Shown here: positions 26,589 through 42,574 of the stretch, piece after piece
Position numbering within the stretch: the first letter of the stretch is position 1
Layout of the letters: every line of letters starts with the position of its first letter
From: Octopus sinensis
Taxonomy: Eukaryota
Direction of reading: 5' to 3'
Assembly (NCBI RefSeq): GCF_006345805.1
Contig: NC_043009.1
Location: 52,204,001-52,268,000, forward strand
Length of the DNA: 64,000 nt
The notes under the pieces: generated by a model
Seen by the model: the letters and a program-made list of their open reading frames with translations, nothing else
What the model was told of the DNA's origin: nothing
The model's database searches: none
Made by a program: the position numbers and the translations under genes

Positions 26589-27699
26589 TATATATACATA
26601 TATATACTTATGTATGCATGTGTGTATATGTGTGCATGTGTGTGTGTATGTGTCTGAGTGTGTGCACTCCGTTGGCGATTTCTTCTCATCTTTCTTTGAC
26701 ACTTTTCACTTAGGCCTTTCCGACGAAGAGCTATCTTCGAAACGTTAAACTCCTCTTTTATATGAACAATGAATAAGATGGGTAAACATTAAACGTTTAT
26801 AGAGCGGAAAAGAATCCTACACAAAAAAGTGTATTTGTTCACATACGAGTATGAGCTTTTGTTATAACTTACCTGTTTAGAGAAACTTAATCATTAAAGT
26901 TGGATTACATGAGTTTAGACTGGCCGAAAAGCTCAGACAAGTTGTTCCATTTGAGATCATGCCCATGTAGATTATTTTTGAAGATGAGTCTCTGGAATGT
27001 AAATATATTATGTTATACTTCTTGGTGGCTTTCATCCTTCTGTAATCTACCATTTGATAACCAAGTTTGAAATATATGTGAGTATACATACGTACGTACA
27101 TACGTTCATACATGCATGCATGCATACATGCATACATACATACATACATACATACATACATACATACATACATACATACATACATACATAAACACATACA
27201 TAGAGAAAGCGGTAATTACTTTATCCAGATTGCAAGTTCAGAGTTATATTCGTGTAATTATTGGAGCCCTGGGATATGTAATACACTGTCTAAATACCAA
27301 TCTTGGGAAATTAGGCTTCTCAAAACAAGAAAGGAGAAAGCTAAGTCGAAGACTACAGATACAATCCGTCACTAGTTCTGTAAAAAATTTGTAAATGTTT
27401 CCAGAAGTCTATCATTTAAAAATATATGAGAATGTCTAGACATGCAACTATATGCATGAAAATACATGCATAAAGTAAAACATACAAATCTGCACATATA
27501 CATACGAACATACATAATTACATGCAAACACACATACATATATACCTTGTTGTTGATGCTGAAGTGCCAATGAAGGAGCCTTGGATTTAGGTTAGAAAAC
27601 GGGTCTTTCTGTATTGGCAAGAAATCTGGAAATAAAACTGAACAATGACATACATAAATACATACATACATACATACGTGCATACGTACGTACATACAT

Positions 27700-28087
27700 G
27701 GAATGGAAGCACTCCGTCGGTTACGACGACGAGGGTTCCGGTTGATCCGAATCAACGGAACAGCCTGCTCGTGAAATTGACGTGTAAGTGGCTGAGCACT
27801 CCACAGACACGTGTACCCTTAACGTAGTTCTCGGGGATATTCAGCGTGACACAGGGAGTGACAAGGCCGGCCCTTTGAAATACAGGTACAACAGAAACAG
27901 GAAGTAAGAGTGAGAGAAAGTTGTGGTGAAAGAGTACAGCAGAGATCACCACCATCCCTGCCGGAGCCTCGTGGAGTTTTATGTGTTTTCGCTCAATAAA
28001 CACTCACAACGCCCGGTCTGGGAATCGAAACCGCGATCCTATGACCGCGAGTCCGCTGCCCTAACCACTGGGCCATTGCGCCTCCAC
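27700..28087 (-). mobile_element. SINE family C, full length, tRNA-derived head (possibly Arg-like)
   Basis: Minus strand: ggcgcaatggcccagtggttagggcagcggactcgcggtcataggatcgcggtttcgattccc (A and B boxes). Flanked by TACA tracts. Confidence 0.85.
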
Positions 28088-28130
28088 ACGTACATACATA
28101 CATACATACATACATACATACATACATACA

Positions 28131-28161
<31 letters not shown>

Positions 28162-30628
28162 TTACATACACGATGGCTGCAAACTCGTGTCCGAATATTG
28201 CCATTGCCTGATCGAAAGTCCCCACACATGCGAAAGCTACGAGCAGCCAACGTTATGATAGGTCATGTTATATATATATAGTGGGGAATGTATTTGCACA
28301 CATCTAATCCCACTCTCTGTATATGGACACCATAAACCCGAAAAGGAAAACTAACCAACATCACCGAACATTATCTGTGCCACAGGTTTTCTGTCAAAGT
28401 TTCAGTCTCCTAGAGAGATGTTGTGACAACAAGAGGAAGACTTATCACTCCCAGTTGGCCAACTGCTCGCCTGGAGATCAACCCAAGTGTTTCCACGTTT
28501 CCGCTGATATATTCAAGCATACATAAACATGTAAACATATTGTTGGATGACCGTTGATTGCTCACGAGCGTTTTCGCCCTTTAACAGGTCTTAGTTTTCG
28601 TCCTGCAGTGTATCCAACAATCAGCTACCTCACACGAAGCAAGGCTGATAGGGTTGTCAGTTTAGTCGCCGACGAACCCAATCGCAGGTATACAAAGTTA
28701 CATGTTTCCAGTAGAACCCGAGGGCGACCTGACATACTTAAATGCATAAATATATGAACACATACATACACACATACATACATACATGCGTACATACATG
28801 AAAACTAACCTGGCATACATACGTACGTGCATACATATATACATATTTGCAAACATACGTGTCTATATATGTGTATGTGTGCATGCGAGTGTTTCTGTTT
28901 GTGTGTGTGTGTGCATGTATGAGTAGATGTGCACGTGTGTTCGTAGTTTGTAAACATGCATGTGTTTATTAAGTGAATCTGAAATTTCGCGACTTCAAAT
29001 GTTCCGTTGCCAAATTTTCGAATATTAAAAGAACACAACATAAACTAGACAAAACCGACATCTACATCCCGTGACAATAGAGCTATAACTGCCCCACCCC
29101 ACATGCAACACACCCTCACAGTGCCAAAAGAGTAGAGGAAAGGAACATAAAATTAAGTTGCCAACTAGAAATTACGGGCATTACGCTTTCATTGGTCAGT
29201 TAAAGTTGAGACAGTATCACATGATAACTTGCTGGGGCTTTCTGCTGGAGTCTAGAAGCAGGTATTAAAAGGAAAAAAATTGACAAGACAGACAGTCGCC
29301 CGCTGACACTCGTTGACGCAACATCGAAGAGGCCAGGGAGCAGAAGAAATAAAAAGAAAGGAGACATGCACTCAACACCAGAGCTGAAAACACCTCCGAA
29401 AGAGGGGGCCGCGCCACGTCAAAAATGTAGAGGAATAGGGGCCGAAACTGGACGTGGGTCCTCCTGATGATGTCTTGAGCTCACTGGATCCTATAAAGGA
29501 GCTGTTGTGGTTGCAGACCCCGAAATACGGTTGAAATTCCTGGGGTGACAACACACCGCATCTGACTAACAAAGCCTTAACACCAGTATGTGCAACATAA
29601 AGTAAGCACATAGTACACAGTGTTGATAGAAAACTGGCATGAATAATAATATGTTGCCATCCGCTAGTTTATAACGAGATAGACGTTTAGGTTTGTGCTG
29701 ACTATTCCGCCAGATATATGTTTAGTCACACCCTGCCGATCACCAGATGGATTGCAGCTGTGATTCCAAGGTTAATTGTTGTTGCTGCAGGTGTGAACTT
29801 TTTGCAAATAGCTTTATTAATGGGTCGGGGTTTTACATAGCTATTATCCATTAAACATACTTTGGAACAGCTTAGTTTTGACGATTCTCACCGCGCTCCA
29901 TTGGATTATTAGATTATCTAAGATGAAAATCACAGATATAGTACTAAACCTATTACCATGTCTCTGAGCAAATAATGTCACAGCAATATTTGCATAGCAA
30001 TATATAATAATCTTACACATAAGCACATACTATTATTATAATATAACACTCGTATATACTGACATACCAAAAATCACCCACGAATACACACATACGCACT
30101 TACACATACGCCATAAGTGATCTCATCGGTGAATGTGGTTTTAACTAAGAAAAAAAATGCAAGCAGAAGCATTTACGAGTCAGCAGCACTTGCATAAACC
30201 TTTGAACATAATCACTTACAAACCCGGACAGATACATTGTCATAAACAAACCTACACACACATATATGTAAATATTTATATATATCATAAGAAGGAAAAT
30301 GCACATAGTTTACATAGTTTAAAAAATGTTTGTTTATATTTTTTTATAGCTGAAAGATTATTGCGTTTGTCGGTCAGTTTCGTTTTCGCTATTCATGACA
30401 TTGAAATTATTGTAATTTTGCATTTTCTTAAGATTTTAGCCCATGTTGAGTATGGGAGTTTCTGTATGAAATGAATCAGCAAGTTGGAAAATCTAAGGGG
30501 AGATAATTGCTGATCATTATTATTCGTGACAGTGGAGCTAAGTTGCTCATACTGTTTTGTGGGGCGGGGGATAAATAGATATACATATCTCAATGCTAAA
30601 GTAGTAAAAAGTAGTAGATAAATAAATC

Positions 30629-31560
30629 ATGCCACGCACGAAAGAAGCATTGGGACTGTCCGAATTTCAAAGAGGTCGTATTGTGGGCCAATCTGAAGTC
30701 AAATTGCAGAAAACCTTGGGAATCCCACTTTCTATAGTTAATACAGTGATTGCGCAATTCACCAGAGAGAGTCCACAACACCTCACCAAGGTCGATCAGT
30801 GTCCACAACTCCTCTCTCAGATCGACTAGGGCCCACTGACAGGACTTCTGCTTTATTAAGAGAAGTGTGAAGGATAATCCTGGCTGCAAGGATTCTGATA
30901 CAGTAGAACAAGTTGATGTCAGTCCCAAAACCGCTGCCAGATATCTCCACAAACCTGGATACTATGGCAGAGCAGCAAGAAGGAAACCAATTTTTTGACA
31001 AGCCAATAACAAACGGAGAAATGTTCGGGCCAGTAAGATGACAGAGAGGCCATCTGACATATTCTCTGATGAGTCAAGATTTGCTGTTTTTTCTGACAGT
31101 GGTCGAGTGCGGTCTGGAGAATTTGCGATCAAAAATACCACGTGAGAAGATTGTAGTCAACAATGAAGCACAGTGGCTATTCTGTGATGATCTTGGCAAC
31201 ATTTTGGAGCAATGTTCGATTTAAACTGTTGGCGTGTGAGGGAAGCATAAACTCAGATAAATATGTGTCCATACTCCAGAAAAAACCTCCTTCCAATCTT
31301 CTCCAGTGAGAATATGATTAAAGAAGACTCTTTGTTTATGGAAGATATGGCTCAGTGTCACACAGATAAAAATACCCAAAATTGGCTGGAAGACAATGGC
31401 ATTAAAAAGCATCTATGGCCGATCCAATCACCAGATATGAACTTTATTGAACACCGCCGGGGCATAACATACAGCACACTTCGTAACAAAGAACAAGAAA
31501 GCAACCTCAAAGCCAGATGTTTTGAGATTACTTCATGAAACTTGACAAAATATGAGCACG
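30629..31560 (+). mobile_element. Decayed Tc1-type transposase (DD34E)
   Basis: [20 protein letters not shown] (HTH start), IFSDESRF, TMKHSGYSVMI, and EDMAQCH...WPIQSPDMNFIEH with 34 residues between D and E. Frameshifts and stops are present, and no clear TIRs were found. Confidence 0.9.
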
Positions 31561-32439
31561 GAAGATGATACATTCGACTAAAAACCCTTCAAAGCGGTGC
31601 CAAAGCAAGACCGCAGTGAAATCACTGAAAGAATTAAAAAATAAAGGATAAAGGATGGACGCGTAAATGAATTCACAATTGTGTCGCTCTAGTTTTAAGA
31701 ATGATTAACTGTTAAACTTACATTAAAAACATTCGCGCTGATTGCTTGGTGAAGACTCAAACATTGTACTTCACCTTAGTTAATTAGACAGTTATACATG
31801 TATCCAACACGCATAGGCTTTTGAATTGTAGTCAGTGGTTGCATACATCCATAAAGGGAACGGGATTTTAGACACATATCTATCGAATGCAAAGAAAACT
31901 ACTGAACAAATATTGCGAAAACGGTGAAATGATTTATGGCTTGTACACATAATTACACACTGTGATAGAAACACATACTCATAACCCAAAGCACTCACAA
32001 GCACGCTCATACAACAACTCATATATATTTACAGGAAAACACACACACGCACGCGCGCGCATGACCATTTATTTTTCAATAAGAAAGCAACAGTAAGATA
32101 AAGAATAATAAGGAAAATGGATATATTATGGTAGGTGTAGAAATAGATATTTACACGTCGGTTGATGTTTCCGGGCATTTAGAACTGTCATCCTTCTCTT
32201 GCAAATCGTAGGTGTTCACTGATGCACACACACACATACACACACACACACACACACCACAAACACACGCGCGCACGCTCACGCACATGCCCACACATAT
32301 GCACATATGTGATTGTATATTGGTATACCTATAGATATGTAAAACTATAAAATGACGTTTTATGTATAAGTGCACACACCATTATTGTTTTGAATATATA
32401 CATACGTAAACACAAAAGATTGTCATCATCATCATCATC

Positions 32440-32499
<60 letters not shown>

Positions 32500-32636
32500 A
32501 ATATATATGCATGTATACGTGTTTGTGCATCAATATATATATATTATATATATATATACAAGCGAAATCAGTACATATACATACATTCATACATATTATG
32601 TATATAGTTCTGTGTATGTAGATATACATATATACA

Positions 32637-32687
<51 letters not shown>

Positions 32688-32714
32688 GTAGGTGTGTATA
32701 TATCTGTATTTATA

Positions 32715-32827
<113 letters not shown>

Positions 32828-32828
32828 C

Positions 32829-32878
<50 letters not shown>

Positions 32879-34463
32879 GTATATATATATATAGAGAGAG
32901 AGAGAAAGAGAGACAGATAGATAGATACATAGATAGATATTGATATAGATATAACTGTAGATATATACAGCCACGCATACTCCCACACACATAACCTCAT
33001 TGTGATAACATTAATGGTGAATTATTAAAGAGAAGACGCATCTGAAAGACGAAAGAAAAAACTTTGTATGACGCTCAGATTCACGATGAATAAAAGCAAC
33101 GTTCTTTACAAAAACCACACAAATTTCACTTTCCGCAACTTCATAATTCATAACACAGCAAGACACCTCCAAAATGTTATATTCTATCTTATCCAGCCAT
33201 CTCAATACTTGAATACAACACCACGAGAGAAGTTGAACACAAATAATATCAGCAACAAACAGTTCCAACAAGAAACAAAAATATAACTACACACGTGTCA
33301 TCTGCTAAGCAACGTACTAGCGACTATGCTACTATCATTTGTTTTAATTATGGATTTCATATCAATTCCAGTTTAGCTATAAATGAAAACTGACACATTT
33401 TGTCTTTGCAACACTGCGAAGTACTGGTTCATGCTTTACTCTCAAACTATACTTTACCAATCTGCAACTCATTTGTAATATGTTGCCGTGTTAGACGGGG
33501 GTGACAGAGCTGCTTTCGTAATGTATTTAATAACCACAACGTTTAATCGGACCAGAGAGAAGTGCTACAATATATTTCGGCAGAACGTATCGTATACGTA
33601 GCTAATGGAGTCATGCCTCTCTGTCTAAATGTTATTTGGCTTACCCAAAGTTCTTTACTTTTCCTCTTTCATTTTCTCACTCCTTTCTCTCTCTTTCGCT
33701 CCTTCTCTGTCTTTCTCTCATTTCTCTCTCGCTCTCACTCTTTATTCCACTCTCTACAAAATATATTTATATACACAGATTTTTCGTAATTTCCTTCTTT
33801 TAGTTGTTGGACTGGGGACATGCTGGAGCACTATCTGCTAGGTTTATTCAAACAAATCCACCTCAGTATTTATCTTAAATCTTTTCTTTATCCTATCCGT
33901 CTCAGTTTGCCGAACGGCTACGTCATGGCTTCGTATACAACCTATATTGGCTATCACACGGAAATATTGATTGGCAGGGATCGATTTAAAAATCGATTTG
34001 TATCTAAATGTAGGGAGCCACAATCAACAGGATGATACACATCAGCAGATAAACATACGATTTAATAATGGAGGGAAGTTCAGTGGTTGTTTCGTAATCC
34101 TAAAATCCAAGAGTATTCACATCAGAGTAGAACATTCACCGTGGAGTAATGTAATAATGAAAATAAAACCAGAACAATGTTTAACCGCAAGACTTTATTA
34201 TGACGTAACATCATGCATTCAGTTATATAAGGCATCCATCATTCTTGAGACGAAGTAATGCAACACAACGTAACAAATATTGACTTGCTCATGAGGGCTT
34301 CATGATTTGGAGGGTATTATATTGTAATGTGTTGCATAATCTTTTGGATATTGTATGCCTTCTACAACTGAATGAATTATCTAACATCATAATAAAATCT
34401 CCTAATGCAATATTGTAGCGAGTTCATACAATCTAATTTAAAATAATAATAATTATAATAATA

Positions 34464-34512
<49 letters not shown>

Positions 34513-34516
34513 TAAC

Positions 34517-34580
<64 letters not shown>

Positions 34581-34582
<2 letters not shown>

Positions 34583-34795
34583 GGCGGGCTGGCAGTATTT
34601 TTAGCACGCTAGACGAAATGCTAAGCAGTATTTCGCCCGTCGCTACGTTTTGAGTTCAAATTCCGGGAGATCGATTTTAACTTTCATCCGTTCGGTGTCG
34701 ATAAGTTAATTACCAGTTCAACACTGGGGTTGATGTAATCGACACATTCCTCCCCCCAAAGTTGTTGCCCTTGTGGCACAATTTGAAACTGTTAT
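34581..34795 (+). mobile_element. SINE family A
   Basis: aaggcgggctggcag...gagttcaaattcc...cggtgtcgataagttaattaccagtt; follows an (AAT)n tract. Confidence 0.8.
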
Positions 34796-37700
34796 TATCC
34801 CACAGGGGAGGTGGTCTCCATTTATCCATAAATGATCACTAAATATAGGACTATAGTAAAACATGTCTATAATAGGTTATTAAAACATATATTTCTAGAA
34901 TAGATTTGAAATGTCGGGAGATACATCTGTCATCTGTGTAATTTTTATCGGAGACTGTGTTTCGAAGCTGATGAAATTTCTTCATGGAAAAGCATATTCA
35001 GCTATCTAAAAGCACACAAAATCTGTTACACTTATTTTCCATTCATGTCTTTCAAGTGTCAAAATTATCAATAATTATGTTTGCGTCAAGGTCGCAACAG
35101 TCCGAACAGTTTGTTAGGTGATTTTGAATAATTAAATTGGTACTGGTACTTTTTAAAGACGTAATTGATGGGAGTTTTAATTAATAAAAAATATGTATCT
35201 ATGTGCGTGTGTGTGAATGTGTGAAAATGCGAATACGGGCGCGTGTGTGTGTTAGCATTTATGTTTATAGATAGATGACAAAATGAATACACCCCAAAAA
35301 ATAGATTAGATAGAGATAGATACGGAGCTAGAGAGAAACGGCGTGGACTGAAATAGAGTGAAAGATTCAGAATCATCTATTAGTAGACATGTCACTTGAC
35401 CATAGGTTTCCTTCAGAGAAAAGTAGATTATATTCGGGAGTACTTCGATACTAAAATTATATAAATCCTTCATGAGTTTAAAAGGCGTATTCAACTCCTT
35501 TAACACGTCCAAATTGCACGTTCGCACATTGTTCTCCCGAGAATTATATGTACCATCTCCAGTTTCAAAATAGTGATCTTAATCCTCGGCCAACGATACA
35601 TGAAGCTCAGCTAGCTACCTCGGGGATTATATAAAGGAAATTTAGTATTGCCTTCGGATAATTCAGCCTACAAAGCGATAAATCATTTCATAGACACCCG
35701 ATAAGAAAAAAAATTCATTCAGAATAGAAAGAACAAAATAAGATGGAGTAAATCTCGTCTTTTTGATACGGATGCTTAAGCATGATTAGCATGGTAAACC
35801 CTTCCATAAAGACCCACAGTTTGAATTGGTTGTTCAGGAAATAACTTCAAACTCCAACTCCTTACAAATCCTTAGCAATATCATGCATAGATGTAGTCCA
35901 TTGTTATCTGAGTATCAATATGAAGTGAAAGGACGAAGTAAATCTCTCTTCATATGGTAGCGGAAGATGCCTCCAGAAAGACAAAATTGACTACGTTGAT
36001 AATCATGATGACAGAACTTCTTATTAATGAAATCCTATTTCAACTGCGATGACACCATCAAAGCCACTCGCTGTTTTGTTGCTTCATTAAAATATGCATT
36101 GTTAGGGAGCTTCAACGTGGTCGTGTGATCTGCTAGAAACGTCAGCTAAATAATATCAAAGCTACAACCTAGCGTTTTATAAACGAAACAGACGTTAGTC
36201 AGTACAATCCTAGGTTTGAATGAAGAGAAATATATCATTTATAAAAAAGGGAACTTGTCATAGTTTTGGATCATAATTGTAATTGATTGCGATTCGGGTT
36301 AAACAACAACACGACAAAAACGAAGCATTGAGCTAGGAAAACGGATTTTAAAGAAACAAAATAAATATCTTTTGCATGAAGTAAATATTCGGTGAGAGGT
36401 ATGGGAAATTTTGCATCACAGCAAAATTCTATATATGACGACCCTACGCACGTGGACCGAGAAATCTAAACTAAAATTCCCCATCAAGCTGTGCAGCTCA
36501 CATAGATTGTTGTAATACCAGCTTACTTTCACCCTCTTCACTTTCCACATATGAACACAGTATCTGAGTGACGTTAGTTGTGTGGAAGAAGCTGCTTATG
36601 GATTAAAACTTCCAGTATTACACATAGATATTGTATACACACTTACACAACATATATAAGCGGTGTGGTTGACTGCGCGCCTATGTGTATGTATGTATCT
36701 ACGTACGTATGTATGTATGTATGTTTGCATGTATGTGTACGTGTGTATGTTCGTGTAGACAGACATATTCTTTTATAGTTTTTTCCTCAGCTTAAATAAT
36801 AGAAAAAATAATTAGACGAGCATGGAGACAAGAAAAAGCGACAGTCGAAAAACGACATTTAATCTTATAAATCTGGATGTCTTTATTGGACTTTTTATAA
36901 TCGTCTTTCATATTTTTTCTTTACTATAAAAAGTAAATATAGAGGATTAGTTTTGTAAAAATCAAAGTTAGACACAAGAAAGTGTAAGTAACAATGTTCA
37001 AAATTATGCTTTCATTTTAGCATAAAGAAAATTGCATCAATGCTGCAGACTATGTATGCAAAACCTGTACTTTGCGTCTGTTTTGTTTAAATGTGAGTAT
37101 GGAAATCACTGCAGTTACACATGATATCAGCGAACTCATACGATAATTTACACGCAATATCAATCTCTATGTAAATATAATGCATCTATGGCATATTAAA
37201 CAGTATAATATCGTATGTAACCACACATTTCATCTAGCATAAATGGAAACACACGATGAACCACTTACTGGAACGACAGTTGTACAATGATATATCGACT
37301 CTTCTCTCAACTAAAGCAATTTTTAGATTCTACTAGAATATAAAAGAATCGTATTCAGGATGTTTGTCTTAGAACCATATAGAGTGCAGGCCTCTGTCTT
37401 GTTTTTATTGAGAATGATTCATGTGCATAATATTCAACGGGCATAAGCCACGTGGTTTAGGTCAAGATAAAAACAATCAAAGGTCAATAGTGAGTTTCCC
37501 GTATTCTACGGCGCATATATTTCAGTGGGACGCCTGTTTTACATATGAAGATTAGGAAGATAAAAAATGCACCAAATATCTCAAACGTCAAATGCCAACG
37601 ACAAACATATACCCACCAACAAACGGGAACAAATAGAATTCGATATTACAACTTATTACCTCTCAGTCGTTCTGCACAAGAATTAGACACCAAGTTTTTG

Positions 37701-38070
37701 TAGGTGTATGCCATGAAACAGAACTGAGTGTCGATATTCCCTTTCTCTCGTATCTTTCCTCTCTTCCGCTCTCTATGTATCTCTTTCTCCACTTCCATCC
37801 CTACCTCATCTTATCTCTCTGTTGCTATCTTTATCCACCTACAGATCTGTATATGTGTGCATACGCACATATCACATACGCATAATGATGTGTGTGCGTG
37901 TGTTTGTGTGTACATATACACAGCACATGATATCGCTTGATCATTATCTCGGATCCTCCCACACTGAGGTCAAAATACTCTATGTTGGTTATGTTTGTAA
38001 GAATCTATGCAAATATTGTCGCATAAGCCGCGACAATTATTGAACAAACAACATGGTGTGTTCTCATCAT

Positions 38071-38303
38071 AAGGCAGCGAGCAGGCAGAATCGTTAGCAC
38101 GCCAGGTGAAATGCGTAGCCGTATTTTGTCTGCCGTTTCGTTCTGAGTTCAAATTCCGCCGGGGTCGACGTTGCTTTCATCCTCTCGGGGTCGATAAATT
38201 AAGAACCAGTTACGCACTGGGGTCGATATAATCGACTTAAACCCTTTGTCACTCCTTGTTTGTCCCCTCTAAGTTTAGCCCCTAGTGGGCAATAAAGAAA
38301 TAA
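38071..38303 (+). mobile_element. SINE family A, tail type 1, with 11-bp TSD
   Basis: Family consensus is present. gtgttctcatc occurs at 38058-38068 and again at 38304-38314. Confidence 0.9.
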
Positions 38304-39098
38304 GTGTTCTCATCTCCAGTTCATAGATTCGTCATGAATTTCAGATTCTATAACAAACATAATTGTAGTAAGACGACTACCTCTGTATCGCTATCTAATA
38401 TATTATTTTCACTAATATATAGTTCAGGTTAGGCGTAAACTCAATTAAATTAGAATATTTATCATATAATATTTCATTTTCATATTCTTTATTCTTCTGT
38501 CTTAATTCATCTTTCTACCCTTCGACTAGCTTATCATTTATGGAATAAGTATCAGAATTAAGTACCAGTTTTATATATAATTTATATACTTAACCAGTTT
38601 TTGTTTTATTCAACCTATTCATTTGGTTTACTTCATTCTATCATTAATTGCTGTATTTAGTTTATTCGATATTACTTTCATTTTTATACTTATTACTTAT
38701 ATGTAATTCACCCTATCCGAATCTAGTGGTAACATTTATTTTATTTATTTTATTATTTATTCCTAATGATTATACACTGTCAATAATGTTTTAGTACTTT
38801 CAAAAATCCTATAGGTAACACCATTATAACCGGCTGATGCTTAACTTTTCCCTCACTACCTGCCATTCCAGATTCACTGTGCTAAAATGCTGTTGTCTGA
38901 AGATTTCATTTATCTTGTTTACAACCCTCTAACACTACCTCCATTCCCCTTCTGACTATATGATAATCCTTGCCCACTCTAGTCGTGGCTAATACAATAT
39001 AGATATTGCCTTTTATACGAATAGTGTTTATTTCTTGCCATTGAACCTCTATCACCTCCAATCTTCCACCATGTCTATGTATGTGTGATGATGTATGT

Positions 39099-39132
<34 letters not shown>

Positions 39133-39249
39133 ATACATATTTGTTCATGTGTTCATATGTGTATGCGTATATGTACATATGTGTGTATAAATATATATAT
39201 ATTATATATATATAATATATATATATATATACATATTACTTATATTTGT

Positions 39250-39630
39250 AAGGCGGAGAGCTGGCAGAAACGTTAGCACGCCAGGCGAAATGCTTACCGG
39301 TATTTCGTCTGTCTTTGCCTTCTCTGTTCAAATTCCGCCGGGGTCGACTTTGCCTTTCATCCTTTCGGGGTCGATAAATTAAGTACCAGTTACGCACTGG
39401 GGTCGATGTAATCGACTTAATACCTTTGTCTGTCCTTGTTTGTCCCCTCTATGTTTAGCCCCTTGTGGGTAATAAAGAAATGAGTATTTCGTCTGTCTTT
39501 GCCTTCTGAGTTCAAATTCCGCCGAGGTCGACTTTGTTTTCGGGGTCGATAAATTAAGTACTAGTTGCATACAGTGGTCGATCCAATCGATTGGCCTCCT
39601 CCCTAAAAATGTAAGCCCTAGAGTTGAAAA
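39250..39630 (+). mobile_element. SINE family A dimer (full monomer + 5'-truncated monomer)
   Basis: The first unit ends ...gtaataaagaaa at 39480. The second begins gtatttcgtc and ends with tail type 2. Confidence 0.85.
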
Positions 39631-40007
39631 GATTATTATCATTTATATTTGTGTGTATTTCTATACCTACTTCTTAAGTTATATCCGACCTCATTGCACC
39701 GTTTAATCTCTTTCGACACACATGCATTACCATCCTATCTTTCTTTGACACTGTCCTGAACTCTTTGCATGCCTTCCACTCGTAATCTACCTCAATTTCT
39801 CTTCGAAGATGCAACTGATAACTGATAGAATCATTAACCACGAAAATTACTTGACTTCCACAATGGAAATGTTAACAGTTATTATCTTCTGTCGATATTT
39901 CCTTAATTCTACGATCATTGAACTGCGAACCACTGTAATCTTTTACCTTGCATGCTTCTTCACGGAAGTGATTACTTCTAATATTCATGATTAAAGATAT
40001 GCTATAG

Positions 40008-40042
<35 letters not shown>

Positions 40043-40233
40043 CCTCTCTTTCTCTCTCTGAGAAATGAATAGTTGCGCTACGTTGAAATCTTTACTGAAT
40101 GATATATGCCCCACATGCACAGCTATTCTAGAAACAGATGTAAGAGATTTTTGCGCATTATTTCTGAATCCCTTATTTACTATAAATACATTATTTTTGG
40201 AACCACACATTTTGCTTGTTCATACTCTATTGA

Positions 40234-40282
<49 letters not shown>

Positions 40283-41149
40283 ATGTGTGTGTGTGTGTGT
40301 ATGTATATAAGACCAAAATGCGTACGGGCGCCGCTATATATATATGTATATGTAAAAAAATACAAACTGGGACAAGAACGCAAAACATTTAGAAGACGAT
40401 ACAAAAAACACGGACGGGATATTCGAAGCCTTCAATCTTCAGTCAAGAACCGGAAATTTCTGCAGAAGGAGTGCAAATGTTGTATGTACTTGTGTGTGTA
40501 TATATTATTAGAGCACGTTAGATCATTTACGTCGCAAAATCTTTAATACCAATTCCTGATTTTACACACTGCCGTACTTGCGGCATATATATTCTTGTCC
40601 TTTGTGTAGCTGAGACGACCCAAATTTCGACATTCTTAAGAGTTTCGGTATTAGTTTAAGATTGTTTTATACGGAAAATATCTTAAAAGGGATTCGCACA
40701 ACATACTTATACATTCAGTTATTCAGTTACACAGAATGATGCACTGACGCTTCATTCTCATATCCTATCTGGGTGATAAAGTTTGACAATATTAACAGGT
40801 ATAATATAGATTGATTGACTTTATAAAACCAGTTTTCATTCATTGACGCAAAGACCTGAACAATAACATCCTGAAAAGATAAAAGTAAAATATCATAACT
40901 GCTGATGGTTTTGAGACAAATCCATCAATATTTATTTTGGAAATGCATTAAACTATGAAATAGTATTCGTTTGTCTATAGTATATTTCTCATAACTTAGA
41001 CACATATACAGTGATAATAAACATGCATTGACGTTACTTCCATTTTTCTTTCACACAGTATTGAGAAGGTATGAAAATATCAGGTATTTTTGCATATAAA
41101 CTAATGAATATGCCACATTTTGTAATGTATCTTTAGGAAAATATAACTA

Positions 41150-41558
41150 TCTTTACTCTTTTAATTGTTTCAGTCATTTGACTGCGGCCATGCTGGAGCA
41201 CCGCCTTTAATCGAGCAACTCGACCCCGGGACTTATTCTTTTTGTAAGCCCAGTACTTATTCTATCGGTCTCTTTTGCCGAACCGCTAAGTAACGGGGGA
41301 CGTAAACACACCAGCATCGGTTGTCAAGCAATGCTAGGGAGACAAACACAGACACACAACACTTACACGCATATGTATATATATATACATATATACGACA
41401 GGCTTCTTTCAGTTTCCGTCTACCAAATCCACTCACAAGGCTTTGGTCGGCCCGAGGCTATAGTAGAAGACACTTGCCCAAGGTGCCACGCAGTGGGACT
41501 GAACCCGGAACCATGTGGTTGGTAAACAAGCTACTTACCACACAGCCACTCCTGCGCC
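41150..41558 (-). mobile_element. SINE family B, full length
   Basis: Reverse complement of the 26159-26588 copy. Confidence 0.9.
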
Positions 41559-41866
41559 TAGATAGTTATATTTCAGTATGTTTACGAATGTATGTGCATA
41601 AATATCATCAGGCTGGTCCCTTCAACAATCGTGTGAAAAATCGACACAGTAAAACTGAGATGACTATTTAGGTGAATTCAAATTTTTAAAATATATATGT
41701 ACTTTCATGGCAGATGTTTGTACAGCAAATCAAATTTCGGCTGAATAAACGTGGAAATTCTTACAAGAAACCAATAATACGAGAACCAGTCGTTGAGCAC
41801 TAATTCACTCATTTGCTTACTCAGATGTGTGTATATATACATACATACATACACACACACACACAC

Positions 41867-41910
<44 letters not shown>

Positions 41911-42528
41911 TATATATATATACATATCTACACATACACACATATATGTATATATATATATATATATAGATATATACATACATGTGTGTATGCGTGTTTA
42001 TAAATGTATGCATATATGGTTGTGAGTGTGTGTGCATACGTATATGTGCGTTTGCATGTATGTGTATACTTACTTACAATAACGTATGTATGTGTCTATT
42101 ATCTTGTGTATTTCAAAATAATATATTTGCATGGTTGCTTTTATGCCTCTTGGGATATAAAGAGCTAATCATTCAGACGCACACGCTTGTGTATCTAGAC
42201 GCTCACCCCCACGCAGTTATAAACACACGCACACAGGCACACACACAGACACACGCACATAATACACACTCACACACAAACACACACGCATATATATATG
42301 TATGTACTTATAGACAAATACATATACAGATCTATATATAATGTATTTATGTACGTACGTACAAACTAGCGTATGTGTACGAAGAATAGCTTATCTGTAT
42401 ATTTATCAGTGCGGAGTCACGCCGTGTGCTTATATGTTTACATACGGACTTCTGTGCAATGTTTCACGAGTATTTTCAACTTGTAGACAACGAGATTTTA
42501 CAATGTCTAAGAAAACTACATAAACAAA

Positions 42529-42574
<46 letters not shown>

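Noticed and set aside
26159-28087. tRNA-like sequences
   Set aside because: These are SINE heads continuing into SINE bodies, not tRNA genes.
29250-29620. GC-richer segment with a 79-aa minus-strand ORF
   Set aside because: No recognisable domain; probably a decayed TE fragment.
34962-35005. CUGAUGA...GAAA motif
   Set aside because: No convincing stem I, II or III pairing.
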